From a virus (lineage: Duplodnaviria; Caudoviricetes), in the IMG/VR virus record IMGVR_UViG_3300021255_003269, positions 735 to 64,734 of that record: a DNA stretch of 64,000 nucleotides; one strand, written 5' to 3'. Positions within the stretch are counted from its first letter, which is position 1. Each line of letters begins with the position of its first letter. The notes below the pieces were generated by a model. It was not told the DNA's origin. It saw only the letters and a list, made by a program, of their open reading frames with translations, and did not search any database. Shown piece after piece: positions 43,901-54,233 of the stretch. The position numbers and the translations under genes were made by a program.

Positions 43901-44303
43901 TAAGTTTCTTCAAGAAAGTCAGGGCATCCGTTGAAGGACGCTTGTCATCCGTAATACCCTCCATCTGGCTGTCAATAAAGAATGCCAGATCTCCTTCGCA
44001 ATGTACCTTCTTTACTCCGCTCAAATGCCCGGTGTCGATTGTCAATACTCGGCCTCTGAAAAGTGTTGTCCCGTCGTATACGCAACGGAAAATTGTCTTC
44101 ATCTGTTTGAAAGATTCATAATAGGGATGGCCAGGATTCATGCTGAATTCCAGACTTCCAGCTTTTCCCATATCGCATTGAATCTTTGGATCCACCAACA
44201 CATTATCTTCGCCTGGCTCCATCGGAATCGTATACAGCAACTTTTCATTTGCCACATAAGTGCCGTCACGTCGATAGAAGTTTTTAATGTAAATATCGAA
44301 CAT
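40989..44303 (-). CDS. Tail-associated (Tal/baseplate hub, endopeptidase-tail-like) protein
   Basis: MGKAGSLEF...FRGRVL...CEGDLAF...YLDWL...FTALIPVG; follows Dit. Confidence 0.85.
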   Translation of the reverse strand: MFDIYIKNFYRRDGTYVANEKLLYTIPMEPGEDNVLVDPKIQCDMGKAGSLEFSMNPGHPYYESFKQMKTIFRCVYDGTTLFRGRVLTIDTGHLSGVKKVHCEGDLAFFIDSQMEGITDDKRPSTDALTFLKKLINNHNTQMANDIADKKFVLGEVPGQYTSATAASQKVTTTASYKYGSSSWSDTQSVLSNLADEFGGYFRTRYQNGTTYLDWLNNYYETDIIDQPMELGENLIDINSSSEVNNIFTALIPVGSAKGKSLYIKGYKNDIHGNNKFILVPQLTKVFSDAQLNSGFHSKADYENAINDYGYIFKTENFSNADTQAKLWSYATDWMKNNYNGGLSSFSISALDMHVLQSELGKYVIGKRVHVIYPDINKRDTDPGAMIDKTMVIMSATYDLHHPDKNNYTVGIPNQILKKNYGYKAQNKKSSTRSAGKKKEDGNKDKGYDANKELTEQMLWAFVLDGAHNSEQYDKYRAKYGDKAESEVLQTAYMAIKKKLAGENYNVYTMVLDGHNAEFSIKGSGKENIDQHFIDESGDLVNSILINGDKRYISIAQAPPEGSENWTEEQVKKYTGEVVKIGANDTGDGGKLEIGKLLTDSDTGTTETQVTAAADGIKGLLAGSGIELGNGLEDINKVLDGDVTSMLSMKGAASEILGRDGNASEKFKLSGILGTGLFGKKADGTDENWLVFLNNTVSYKDKDGATVVSPGFVTAADFSDLENEIPSFKTKLAVVDTLIAGKASIGELNAVKAKIDTITANTITANTYVSASNGIFTTLRAGTIYVNGGTDAGGSAVSTNISNALIGADFSEGSGDLAGKMVLTLTKINGDTIKTNFKIADTTECKKLVSAAEISGWQQAGSAVTAALPSPQTSSNLMLIPYPSLQKDTLSYLSYGVACNNDYAYIYDANDKVVARVANSKPTGAITDVTLRPGANAVYNRDEKEYTVPLRVTGSNISNSPYDGKAVIVSGSDAYSHGHTDGVAESAGITSINLNGPSDTAYSDGTDKGTLTTSKYYQVEVTPKSGGKQYIKFQAPAPVSIYSSYRATFSWKSGSAKYGSTSSTRIIVAQLQGKNASGTWVNIGTSSYTVKATRKYDEEYYIEIT

Positions 44304-45074
44304 TTATAATGAGCCTCCAACAAAGTGCACAGTGGCGGATCCAATACCGGAAACGGTAATCTTGTTATTACCAGAAAGTGCCTTCCCCAAATAGACATCG
44401 CCACTGACAGCTTGATTAATCGTCCTGCCGTTCAAAGTCAACGACACCGTGTTTCCTTTTTGCACTGTGACATTGGCCCAAACACGGAACGGGTAGTCAT
44501 AACCTTGGAATACTGTCTGATAAGTAGTATTATTGACAGTAATACCATTCAAGGAAGCATAATAATCGTAATCGGTTTCAAAGTTAAAGTTGTCCCAAAT
44601 CATGTCTTCGTCGCCTTCACTTCTAAGACGAAGCTTATAGGGATTGATTTGATAGTTGATTGTGATCCGGCTGTTACTGGGCTCGCTTCTCCAATTATCG
44701 ACAGAAAAACGCCCTTCCCAATACCAGCCTGGATCATCTTCCAATACAATTTTAAATCTTTTGCCATGCAGATAATTCATGATCCTTTGCCGTATGGTTT
44801 CCCAATACTCATGATCATTATCCACATAAAAGTCCCACGATCCTTGCCGCATACCGTAAATGGGTCTGCTGACAAGGAAAGCGGTCATATCAATAGCGCC
44901 ATCGCGCCCTGGAATCTCTACGAAATTCGTGGAAACTCCAGGGCTTGCGACGCTAGGACGTTCCGAGGGAATCAAATGCCAATCATCCCAGGTGTTGACC
45001 CCCATAAACTGTCCTTCCTTTTCATGGCCGGACGGATACAGAGATCCATCCCCGAAGGTGATTGAATGATACAT
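44304..45074 (-). CDS. Distal tail protein (Dit)
   Basis: VEIPGRDG...YLHGKR...YWEGRF...INPYK; follows the tape measure. Confidence 0.85.
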   Translation of the reverse strand: MYHSITFGDGSLYPSGHEKEGQFMGVNTWDDWHLIPSERPSVASPGVSTNFVEIPGRDGAIDMTAFLVSRPIYGMRQGSWDFYVDNDHEYWETIRQRIMNYLHGKRFKIVLEDDPGWYWEGRFSVDNWRSEPSNSRITINYQINPYKLRLRSEGDEDMIWDNFNFETDYDYYASLNGITVNNTTYQTVFQGYDYPFRVWANVTVQKGNTVSLTLNGRTINQAVSGDVYLGKALSGNNKITVSGIGSATVHFVGGSL

Positions 45075-48000
45075 TTAATTGCCCCTCTCTTCATAGAACT
45101 GTGACCGCCCAATCTGCTCATCAACATAGGGAGCAATCGCGCCAGCCACAACACCGGTATCCAATACCAACTTCATCTTAGCGATTTCAGTACCAAGATT
45201 CGTAATCTTTGTGCCAAGGTCTGCCATTCGAGAGTAAATACCGGACAAATCGGTGCCATTTTGATTTGTTCTTTCGGATGCCCGTTCATCTGGAACATAA
45301 TCACTGGCCAACCTGCTAGATGCAGTTGTGTCAATTGTCATGCCCTTATTGGTCATCCATTCACGCATAATAGCAATGCCAGCAGCCATATTCGTCAAAT
45401 CAAGAACAGGGGTGATTGTCGGATCAAGATCCGTGCCCTCTTCCAGCATCTGGGAAATAACGGTTGCTATTGTCACAACACCGTTGAGAACATCATCCTG
45501 AAGCTGGTCCATCGCTGCCGTATAAGAAGCACTGGCCAACTGACGGGCGGCATCCATTGCAGTGTTGCAATTATCTGTTATGCCTTTTGCAATACCATCA
45601 GCGATGTTCTTACCAACAGCTTCAAAGTTAAACGATTGATCGATTTCAGATAGCCGTTTTAGCCCTTCCGCCATCATTGTGAACATGCTGATGTTGTCAT
45701 AGTTAATATCTCCATATTCATCCATAGCATGAGAAATAGTTGCCATCAGATTAACGATCGCTTGGCCGATTCCTTCAGACTGTTTCTCACCGAAGGTGTT
45801 TTCCGATCCGGTCAATACGGCAAGCATTGACTCGAAGCCCTCCATGTAGTGGGCCGCGTCAAATACTTTATCACCCATTCCAGTGAACACAGCAAGAATA
45901 TCCGCGATTCCCTTAGCCATCTCAATAGCAGGACCGGCTTTAGCAGGATCAAAGTCAGATCCGAGGCTGTCGTTGAACGAACTTAATCCGCCGCCGAGCT
46001 TTTTGAGATCATCGCCAAGATTATCAAGAGAATAATCTCCGCCACCGAAAGCAGTTCTGAAAATATTTCCAAGACCGCCAACAGTCGGCATTTTTCCACG
46101 AAGATCTGTAATGAACTTCGTTACCTGACCAAGAACGGTTGTCGCATTATCAAACTGCTCAGGATCGACTAATTTCTTTTCGCCTTCCTTGCCAGCAAGT
46201 GTTTGACCAAATCTCCCAAGCTCTTCACATACTCCGGCAAAAGTGCCAAGATCTGTCTTCAAATTTTCAAGACTGTAGTCTTTTCCACCGAAGCCAGTTT
46301 TGATGATATTGAAAATACCACCAATTGTAGGCATCTTTTCAGACAAGGTAGTGATGAATTTAGTGATGGAATCAATGGCTGTTGTAGCTGCCGTAATATC
46401 AGATTCGGAAGGAACCTTATGCTCGTCGTCCTTGCCATTGAGTATCTCTGCGATCTTGCAAAGTTCCTCACAAACGAGCCCGAATTGATGGACATCCTTA
46501 CGAAGAGCCTCAAGATTGTAATTATCTCCGATGATAATATCATGAATGATATTGATCATACCGCCGATTGAATTCAGCTTCCATGGCAATTGCGCCATAA
46601 AACCGACAATCAGATCCAATGCCGAAATGACAGCCTTAAGAGTTGACCGATCTACAACCTTACTGTTTCCATCTTTATCTACAAGAATGCCAGTTAACTT
46701 AACAAGCTCCTTGCAGGTGTCACCGAAAGCATCGACGCCTTCAGTCAGATCCTTTGCGCTGTAGTCATGTCCTTTGAATATCAATTCGATCAAACCAGGA
46801 ACATGGGGCATCTTTTCAGAAAGGCTCTGCAAGAATCCGACAATCTGATCAAGCACCGCCAATGCTTCACTGATGGCGGCAGCGTTAATTGTTGATTCAC
46901 CATTCTCATCCACAAGACGACCGGAGAAGTCAACAAGGGCAACACCAAGCGCTGTGATTTCAACCGCCAGATCAGAAAGATTTTCCTTGCGTCCGACGAT
47001 AAGCTGCTTCAAGCCGCCAATCTCAGGAAGCCTTGTCTTAAGATCTGAAAGGAAGGTCAAAGCATCAAGGGCCTTCTGGAAACTGCCTTCTTCAGCTTCA
47101 CCCCAGGATACGGAAGTGGCGAAGCTTTTCAATGCACTGCCGAGCGCTTCGATGTCCTTGCCAAACTGCGTCAGTTGGTTATTGCTGATTTCGCTATTAG
47201 TGAACCAATTGATGACTTCGATGATAGCATCCTGGCCAATCAACTGACCACGAATAGCAGCAAATACACCAAGAGCATCTGTTGCGGATTTTATCTTTCC
47301 TTCATCGATCCCCTGAGTGTTATCCACAAAAGACTTCAATGCAGTACTCAACGCAATGATGTCCAAACCGAATTCAGCAAGACCATATGGTGTAATGCCG
47401 GAATCTTTAAACGCAGTAGCGGCTTTAAGATTATCGGCTGTCAGTTTTTGTTTCAAATCTCCACCAAGGAAGTCAAGAAGCATAATCGCCTGACTCGTAT
47501 TGGGTCCGAGTCCCTTACTGGCGTCGGAGAATTTGACAATCGCTCCAGCAAGAGCAGCCAAATCAGCACCAAAGCTTCCAAGTTCTGCTTCTTTTGGAAT
47601 ATCAGGAATCGCAAACCCACCATTGTTCGTTAAAGATTGTGTGATTGCCTGAAGAATAGCCACTGCGCCTTGAGCATTACTCGTTGGATCGCCTTCGATT
47701 CCAGTAACTTCGCTAGCGCCTTCTGCATATAGCATCATAGCGCCACCAAGACCGGCAAGCTGACCTTTGAACTGATCAAGTCCGACAGTTGACAAAATCC
47801 TCAAATCCTCGGCGCATCCAGCCAATTCTTTAATCAGCTGAAGCGGTTTGGATTCAGAAGCCGTTGTCATGTCGTTCCCAAGATAATCAAATGCATAAAG
47901 GCCGACACCAAGCTTATAGAATTCCGTGGCCAAGTTACCAATGCTGAAATTACGAAGCTGTTCACCATAATTGAGCAAGGTATCTATCATTTTGAATGAA

Positions 48001-51000
48001 ACGGCACTGCTTGGTTCCGGAAGATTTCTTGTATGGTTTGCAAAGCTTTCCAAACCAGTTCCAAGGTCGAACAAAGCAACCGAGAAATCATTGATTAGAG
48101 AAGCATAGCTGCCAAAGCCCTTGAGCTTGGACATCATGGTCTTAAGTTTTTCAAGAACCATGCTTCCGCGATCGACACCACTGTCGTCTGTTGATTTCAT
48201 CTTAGCCGAGAAATCCTGAACAAGTGTAGCAATTAAGTTCAGTTTTGCGCTGAATTCGACTAACGAATTACCAACTGAATTAATTAACAAAGGAACCACA
48301 ACGCTAAGCACAAGCGCAATAGCGGCAATACCTCCGCTGATCAGAAGAATGGCTTTCAGACCGGCTCCAATAGGCACAGCCGAAAGAATAGAGATTGCTC
48401 CTGCCATGCCAAGCATCATTGCAGTGAGGCCGACAGTAAACGTCAGTATGGTTGCCCAACCAATGTCCTTGACACCTCGTAATGCCAGCGAAATTGCAAC
48501 AATAACGAGAACAAGACCAAGCATGGTGACCAAATTCTTGGCGCTTACATCAACATTCTTCATAGCAAGTGAGAATATCAGCAGACTAGCAAGGATGTCG
48601 ATCAAGCCGAAAATGACTTGATTGAAACCCTCGGGGCTCATCCCGGCAAAAGGCTCCAAACCTTTTACCAATACTGCAATGGCCAATGTAAGAATGATCA
48701 AGCCGGATATCTTAACAGAAGCGGCATCAAGCTTGCTTAGTAAGAATGCGAATATCAGCAGACTAGCAAGAACATCGATCAAACCAAGGATAGCTCGATT
48801 GAAACCTTCCTGGGTCATATTGGCGAAACTGGTTAGAGCAAGAGCAATAATGCCAATGCCTACGCCAAGAGCTGCCAGACCAGCAATTTCAGCACTACTA
48901 ATATTCAGCTTCTTGATTGCATATGTGAACAGCAGCAAAGAACCAAGAACGACAATCAAACCAAGCAAAGATCTTCCCCAAGCATCCCAAGGCATCAATG
49001 CAAATGGAACAATGGAGAGCACCAGAATGCCAATGCCGGCAGCCAAGGCCGCAAGACCAGCAAGCGCCACGGATTTGATTTCGAGTTTCTTCAAACTCTT
49101 TGCAAATATGAACAACACATACATGACAGCGATCAAACCGAGCAACGACCTGGCGAATGCCTGCCATGTCATCAAAGCAAATGGTACGATCGACAGAACG
49201 AGAATACCAATACCGGCAGCCAAAGCCGCAAGGCCAGCAAGCTCGACGGAACTAATTTGCAATTGCTTTAATTTCTTGCTGAATAGAATCAAAGCCACCA
49301 TGACAGCCGCTAAGCCAAGCAAAGACCTAGCGAATGCCTCCCATGTCATAAACGCAAATGGCACGATGGCCAAAACAAGAATACCAATACCGGCAGCCAA
49401 AGCCGCAAGGCCAGCAAGCTCAACGGATTTTAGTTCGAGCTTCTTGAGCCTTTCGCTGAATAGAATCAGTGCTGTCATAACAGCGGCCAAACCAAGCAAT
49501 GACCTGGCAAATGCCTGCCATGACATCAAAGCGAATGGCACGATTGACAGAACAAGAATGCCAATGGCAAATGCAAGTGCCGTCAAACCTTTGAGACCAG
49601 TCTTTTCAAGTTTAAGATCTTTCAGCTTCTTGGTGAACAGGATCAGTGCACCAAGAATAATGACGAGACCTAAGATTGCCTGCAGCCAACCAGTAAATGA
49701 AAGCTTTCCAAGAGGAACTAAAGCAAGTGCCAGCAATGCCACTGCAGCCGTCATAGCAGATAATGCGAAACCAAGTGACATCAACCGAGCTGCCATGCCA
49801 AGCTGGTCTTTTAAGGTTCCATCAGAGAACTCTTTCTTGATTGCTCTATTAAACAGAACAATAGCACCCATGATTAAGCCCATGGCTACAATACCCTGAA
49901 CAATCGAGCTAAGCTTCATGCTGCCAAGTATTGCCACGATCCCTACGAAAATAGCAATGCCTTCTGCCATTTTGAGTAAGTATTCGCCATAATCGTCATA
50001 TCGGACCTTGAAGCCATTCTTGAAACTTTCAGCAACCTCGCCAACGGCCCACTGAAGGTTTGTAGCCAGCTTCTTCACATTAGATACTAATCGGAAAATC
50101 TTCCAAACAGTGGCTACGCCAAGGAACGCCATGATCAAGCCATAAAGATTTTGTCCTTTGAACCAACCTGCTACTTCGGCAATAAATTTGTATGCCGTTC
50201 CGAAACCAAAGTTTGTTTCAAGCAAATTGTTCAGATCAAATTTATGGAATGAACTGAACAAATTCGTGAATACGCTAAACAAACCATTGAATCCGCTTTC
50301 GAAGAATTTTCTGATTCTTGTGAAAACCGAATCATTCTCGCCAGCTACGTCATCACCCCAAAGACCAAACAAATCTTTGAATGCATTGCGGACAGGTTCA
50401 GGAATGGTTTCAATCAAATTATTGAAAATCTCGTGGAAGCGGTCTCTTAACTGCTCTCCAAGTTTTGCTAAAGATTCCACATTCAGAATCTTAGACATCA
50501 TCTTATCAAAAGCTTTACCGATCTTATTACCAAGTTGAGAAATCGTCTTCGGATCAAAATTGCTGGCAAACAACTCTTTAAGAATGTCCAGCATATCACC
50601 GATGAATTCAATAAATGGCCCGGCAACACGAGTAACAATTGTACTGACGCGTTTAAAAGCTTCTGTTAAGAAACTCATCGCAGCAGCAAAGAAGCCGCTT
50701 TCATTCCCCCATTTAATGAAGGTCAATAGCAGATCAAGGAAAGCGGATGACACGGTGTTTACTGCATCGTTGATCGGCTTAAGAACCTCAAGCAGTGAGT
50801 CAAAGAAGCTTCGAACACTCTTGGATTTCTCAGCATCATTTGCCGTATCATACAACATTGACCCAAGCGTCGAAAAGAAGTTCGTAACCGCGTCAATGGT
50901 CGGCTGCATCTGCTTTTTAAGTTCGCCCATAAAACGAGCGAATTCATCAACAAATATGATGCCCAATGCCACGCCTGCAGAGAAACCATCAACAGCATTC

Positions 51001-52736
51001 TTGATCATTTCGAGACGAGTCGTCGTTTTATCGCCGATCTGAACTTCTTCGTTGAAGAAATCACGAATCGAACTCATGAAATCACGAAGGCTCTGACTCA
51101 TTTCTTGAAGCTTAAGTCCAAGCCATGCTTCTTTGAAGCCCTCATCGCTCCAATGCAGCTGTTCGCCACCTGTGGCGAATATCTTCACCATGTCCCAGAA
51201 GCCATCGGCTATGATTTTTCCGACATCATCGAATAAATCAAGCAGACCGTAAGCGCCTGTTTCAACGTCCTTACCATAATCTCCGAGAATGGTATCAATA
51301 ATAGACTGGCGACCGCCACCTGTAGCCCAAACTCTGAGTATGGCATTTCGGGCATTCTTCAGCTTATCGAGAGACTCGATGACACGTTCACAAAGTGAAG
51401 TAAACAACTCCATGGCATCTGTAACATCGCCAAATACAATTCTGAAACTCTCCATCCAGCCGGTGGAAACGGATTCTTTAATGGCGTTCATGGCATCGGC
51501 GAATGTTAGTGCTCGCTGAGCGGATTTATAAGCAACTTCGGCAAATTTGTAGTCGCTTAGAATAGCCCCGACAGTGTTCTTAGATGCCCATTTTGTGTTA
51601 AGAGTCTGCTCGATATTATTGGCGGTTACTTCAACTTCTTTACCATACTTCTTGCTATTCGTATAGTACTTTTTATTTTTAATAACGAGATCACCAGTAG
51701 CAACACCGGCTTTAATCAACTTTTCACGAAGATCGTCGGCTATGGCAGAAGATTCTTTGCTGATTTCATTGAAGTCATCATACGTCAGAACACCTTTTTC
51801 GGTAGCCCTTGTAAGAATGTCCATGGCTTTCTCGGATTTTTCAGGATCCAATTCAGCATAGAAATACTTATCGAAAACGGCCATCATAGTGTCTTTCGAC
51901 AGCCATTTTTTATTAAGTGTATTTTCCAAGCTATCGGCAATTACTTCAACTTGCTTGCCATATTTTTTACCATTCGTATAATACTTATTCTGCTTTTTAA
52001 CTAGGTCGCCAGTTGCTACAGCGGTGTCAAGAATACTCTGTCGAAAATCAGAAGTAATGATATGCGCCGAACCATTCAGGCTTTGCCAATGCTGAAGACT
52101 CAAAAAACCATTTCCCATGGCCTTTGAGAAAACACCCATGGCAACACTAGCTTCAGCAGCGCCTTTGCCGGCTTTAGAAGACATATTGTAAATGCCTTCA
52201 AGGGCACGTTCAGATTCTCCAAGCCCTCTGCCAACTGCCGTAAATTCGGACAATTTATCAGCCATCACTTGGAAATTAGCACTAGTCTGGTCTGTATATT
52301 TCTGGACACGGTCGAACATGGCATAAGCTTGTTCTTCCGTATGCTTGCCAGAAGCGATAAGAGCCTGAACGGCCTTATTCATGGCATCGTATTTTGATTG
52401 ACCAACGAGTATCTGAGCAGACGTAAAGCTTTTGATAAAGCTTTCCATTTGAATGGCGGCGCTCTCGATTCCGTTCCTGATTCGCGAAATCACAAACTCG
52501 CTGACGTCACCAAGACCTGTGAATTTGTCTGTCAACCGCTGGATATTAGATGTCAAATTGTGAAGATCAATGGACTCAAATCCAGCAAAGAATTTCTTGA
52601 GTCCTTTCGAAGTGGATTCAAAATCCAATTCCTTCTTAAAATCTTCAAGACTCTTTTTGCTCTTGGCAATGTTTCGTTCAAACTGCCGATTTTCAAAATG
52701 CATCTCAATAATTCTGGTATCAGCATCATTAGGCAT
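45075..52736 (-). CDS. Tape measure protein
   Basis: About 2550 aa, helical, with ~59-aa hydrophobic repeats near 48600-49750; start re-called at MPNDADT after SD GGAGGTG. Confidence 0.9.
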   Translation of the reverse strand: MPNDADTRIIEMHFENRQFERNIAKSKKSLEDFKKELDFESTSKGLKKFFAGFESIDLHNLTSNIQRLTDKFTGLGDVSEFVISRIRNGIESAAIQMESFIKSFTSAQILVGQSKYDAMNKAVQALIASGKHTEEQAYAMFDRVQKYTDQTSANFQVMADKLSEFTAVGRGLGESERALEGIYNMSSKAGKGAAEASVAMGVFSKAMGNGFLSLQHWQSLNGSAHIITSDFRQSILDTAVATGDLVKKQNKYYTNGKKYGKQVEVIADSLENTLNKKWLSKDTMMAVFDKYFYAELDPEKSEKAMDILTRATEKGVLTYDDFNEISKESSAIADDLREKLIKAGVATGDLVIKNKKYYTNSKKYGKEVEVTANNIEQTLNTKWASKNTVGAILSDYKFAEVAYKSAQRALTFADAMNAIKESVSTGWMESFRIVFGDVTDAMELFTSLCERVIESLDKLKNARNAILRVWATGGGRQSIIDTILGDYGKDVETGAYGLLDLFDDVGKIIADGFWDMVKIFATGGEQLHWSDEGFKEAWLGLKLQEMSQSLRDFMSSIRDFFNEEVQIGDKTTTRLEMIKNAVDGFSAGVALGIIFVDEFARFMGELKKQMQPTIDAVTNFFSTLGSMLYDTANDAEKSKSVRSFFDSLLEVLKPINDAVNTVSSAFLDLLLTFIKWGNESGFFAAAMSFLTEAFKRVSTIVTRVAGPFIEFIGDMLDILKELFASNFDPKTISQLGNKIGKAFDKMMSKILNVESLAKLGEQLRDRFHEIFNNLIETIPEPVRNAFKDLFGLWGDDVAGENDSVFTRIRKFFESGFNGLFSVFTNLFSSFHKFDLNNLLETNFGFGTAYKFIAEVAGWFKGQNLYGLIMAFLGVATVWKIFRLVSNVKKLATNLQWAVGEVAESFKNGFKVRYDDYGEYLLKMAEGIAIFVGIVAILGSMKLSSIVQGIVAMGLIMGAIVLFNRAIKKEFSDGTLKDQLGMAARLMSLGFALSAMTAAVALLALALVPLGKLSFTGWLQAILGLVIILGALILFTKKLKDLKLEKTGLKGLTALAFAIGILVLSIVPFALMSWQAFARSLLGLAAVMTALILFSERLKKLELKSVELAGLAALAAGIGILVLAIVPFAFMTWEAFARSLLGLAAVMVALILFSKKLKQLQISSVELAGLAALAAGIGILVLSIVPFALMTWQAFARSLLGLIAVMYVLFIFAKSLKKLEIKSVALAGLAALAAGIGILVLSIVPFALMPWDAWGRSLLGLIVVLGSLLLFTYAIKKLNISSAEIAGLAALGVGIGIIALALTSFANMTQEGFNRAILGLIDVLASLLIFAFLLSKLDAASVKISGLIILTLAIAVLVKGLEPFAGMSPEGFNQVIFGLIDILASLLIFSLAMKNVDVSAKNLVTMLGLVLVIVAISLALRGVKDIGWATILTFTVGLTAMMLGMAGAISILSAVPIGAGLKAILLISGGIAAIALVLSVVVPLLINSVGNSLVEFSAKLNLIATLVQDFSAKMKSTDDSGVDRGSMVLEKLKTMMSKLKGFGSYASLINDFSVALFDLGTGLESFANHTRNLPEPSSAVSFKMIDTLLNYGEQLRNFSIGNLATEFYKLGVGLYAFDYLGNDMTTASESKPLQLIKELAGCAEDLRILSTVGLDQFKGQLAGLGGAMMLYAEGASEVTGIEGDPTSNAQGAVAILQAITQSLTNNGGFAIPDIPKEAELGSFGADLAALAGAIVKFSDASKGLGPNTSQAIMLLDFLGGDLKQKLTADNLKAATAFKDSGITPYGLAEFGLDIIALSTALKSFVDNTQGIDEGKIKSATDALGVFAAIRGQLIGQDAIIEVINWFTNSEISNNQLTQFGKDIEALGSALKSFATSVSWGEAEEGSFQKALDALTFLSDLKTRLPEIGGLKQLIVGRKENLSDLAVEITALGVALVDFSGRLVDENGESTINAAAISEALAVLDQIVGFLQSLSEKMPHVPGLIELIFKGHDYSAKDLTEGVDAFGDTCKELVKLTGILVDKDGNSKVVDRSTLKAVISALDLIVGFMAQLPWKLNSIGGMINIIHDIIIGDNYNLEALRKDVHQFGLVCEELCKIAEILNGKDDEHKVPSESDITAATTAIDSITKFITTLSEKMPTIGGIFNIIKTGFGGKDYSLENLKTDLGTFAGVCEELGRFGQTLAGKEGEKKLVDPEQFDNATTVLGQVTKFITDLRGKMPTVGGLGNIFRTAFGGGDYSLDNLGDDLKKLGGGLSSFNDSLGSDFDPAKAGPAIEMAKGIADILAVFTGMGDKVFDAAHYMEGFESMLAVLTGSENTFGEKQSEGIGQAIVNLMATISHAMDEYGDINYDNISMFTMMAEGLKRLSEIDQSFNFEAVGKNIADGIAKGITDNCNTAMDAARQLASASYTAAMDQLQDDVLNGVVTIATVISQMLEEGTDLDPTITPVLDLTNMAAGIAIMREWMTNKGMTIDTTASSRLASDYVPDERASERTNQNGTDLSGIYSRMADLGTKITNLGTEIAKMKLVLDTGVVAGAIAPYVDEQIGRSQFYEERGN

Positions 52737-53113
52737 CAGCGGTTCACCTCCTTCCACAGATTCTTTATCATATCCTTAAATACTGGCCGGATAGCAGGAT
52801 TAACAAAATCCTCGCCTTCGATATACGTGCCATCTTGTAAGCCATGGCCATACATAAGCATAAGCACAACATTCACGCCTTCATTATTATTACTATTTGT
52901 GAAAGCGAGAACGATATGGCCATTTTTATTTTCTTCAATTTCATAGTTCCATGATGCTGCCGTTTTTCCGGTATCAACTGGTGTGGCTTGTTGAAGCATC
53001 TTCACACCAAGTTGTCCATACTTGGAAAGTACGTTCAAATAGTCGCGACGAAGCATACGATTAAAGAATTTTTCAGTTTTACTAAAATTTCCTTTATGCT
53101 TGACCTTTATCAT
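52736..53113 (-). CDS. HK97 gp10-like tail/neck protein
   Basis: TPVDTGKTAASW motif. Confidence 0.75.
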   Translation of the reverse strand: MIKVKHKGNFSKTEKFFNRMLRRDYLNVLSKYGQLGVKMLQQATPVDTGKTAASWNYEIEENKNGHIVLAFTNSNNNEGVNVVLMLMYGHGLQDGTYIEGEDFVNPAIRPVFKDMIKNLWKEVNR

Positions 53114-53117
53114 ATGA

Positions 53118-53672
53118 TCACCCTCTCGAATGAGATCTTGCACGTCTTGCTGCATTCAGATTCTTATAATTAGCTGCCGCTTGACGCTTACTCATCTTCT
53201 TCTTGGGTGCATTCTTCTCGTCGCATACTTTGATTAGCATCATCAATCTGTTCAAATGCCACTTCTGGCAGGGATCGAATGGAATATTGTACGCTGTCAT
53301 ATAATAATAAATGACTTCGCTCGTAAGAACTGTATGCGAGCCACCGCTTTTTCCTTTGCCTTCAATTTTGGAAATCGTGGTGGCTGTCATAGGATCATCA
53401 ATGTAACTACGCACTTCATCCATTTGGTCTGCAGTAATTTGATCATAAATAATTGGATTAACATTCTGAGTAATTGTCATGCATCTTATATAGTCACGAG
53501 TTTCCTCAATAGTCATCTTTTTTTGCTGCAGAAATGGTTTTTTCCATTTTGACTCCCATTTTGAAATTGAGACAAGAGAATGCTCCAGCTGGAGTGTCTG
53601 TCCTTTGATTGTCGTAAACCGCTGGGTCCGTTCATCGAACGAATCACGATCAGGAATAACAAGCTGAAGCAT
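53118..53672 (-). CDS. Tail assembly chaperone-like protein
   Basis: LEHSLVSISKWESKW...WHLNRL; own SD. Confidence 0.65.
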   Translation of the reverse strand: MLQLVIPDRDSFDERTQRFTTIKGQTLQLEHSLVSISKWESKWKKPFLQQKKMTIEETRDYIRCMTITQNVNPIIYDQITADQMDEVRSYIDDPMTATTISKIEGKGKSGGSHTVLTSEVIYYYMTAYNIPFDPCQKWHLNRLMMLIKVCDEKNAPKKKMSKRQAAANYKNLNAARRARSHSRG

Positions 53673-53687
53673 TCCCTGCCTCCTTTA

Positions 53688-54176
53688 TTACTTTACCTCG
53701 CCATCTACAACAGTGAGATTGTTTTCAATGTTAGCTTCGCGTTCACTCTTCTTCTTGGCCCATTCAGCCTTCACACGATCCTGAGCGTCCTTAGTAAGGC
53801 AGCCGGTCAGGAAAGTTACGACGCCATCTTCATCGTTAAGCAGCTCAGTCAAAAGATTATCGTAGGCTTCTGTATTAACGAACCGCTCATAAAGAGGCAG
53901 GCCAGTAGAGTCACGCTTGACAAATGCGCCATCGGGCAGGCGAACACCATAAGAACGGCTGATCAGAATATCGATGATCCTCAGCATTTCGCCCTTATCT
54001 TCATTCTTTGCGGCTCGATTGGCGCTTTCTTCCAGACCGCCAGGAAGACTCGGATCGCTATTGATCTTCGTCAATTCTACCTGAGTCAAATGGAAATAAA
54101 AGTCGTCCGTACGGGAATTACCTTCGAAATCATGGTAAGAAATAGTCTTTTTAATCATTTTTGTTACCCCTTTCAA
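53688..54176 (-). CDS. Tail assembly chaperone
   Basis: MIKKTISYHDFEG...FYFHLT; follows the major tail protein. Confidence 0.7.
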   Translation of the reverse strand: MKGVTKMIKKTISYHDFEGNSRTDDFYFHLTQVELTKINSDPSLPGGLEESANRAAKNEDKGEMLRIIDILISRSYGVRLPDGAFVKRDSTGLPLYERFVNTEAYDNLLTELLNDEDGVVTFLTGCLTKDAQDRVKAEWAKKKSEREANIENNLTVVDGEVK

Positions 54177-54183
54177 TTATAAA

Positions 54184-54224
54184 AGAAAAAAGAAGGGTGC
54201 CAGCTTCAATAGCCAGCACCCTTT
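54184..54224 (-). terminator. Terminator after major tail protein
   Basis: AAGGGTGC / GCACCCTT stem with a U-tract. Confidence 0.75.
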
Positions 54225-54233
54225 TCAAACATC

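Noticed and set aside
36131-44303. Diversity-generating retroelement acting on tail fibre genes
   Set aside because: No reverse transcriptase motifs and no TR/VR pair with adenine-specific mismatches were seen.
53118-54176. Programmed frameshift between the tail chaperone genes
   Set aside because: The downstream ORF has its own SD (GGAGG) and ATG, and no clear slippery site was found near the first stop.
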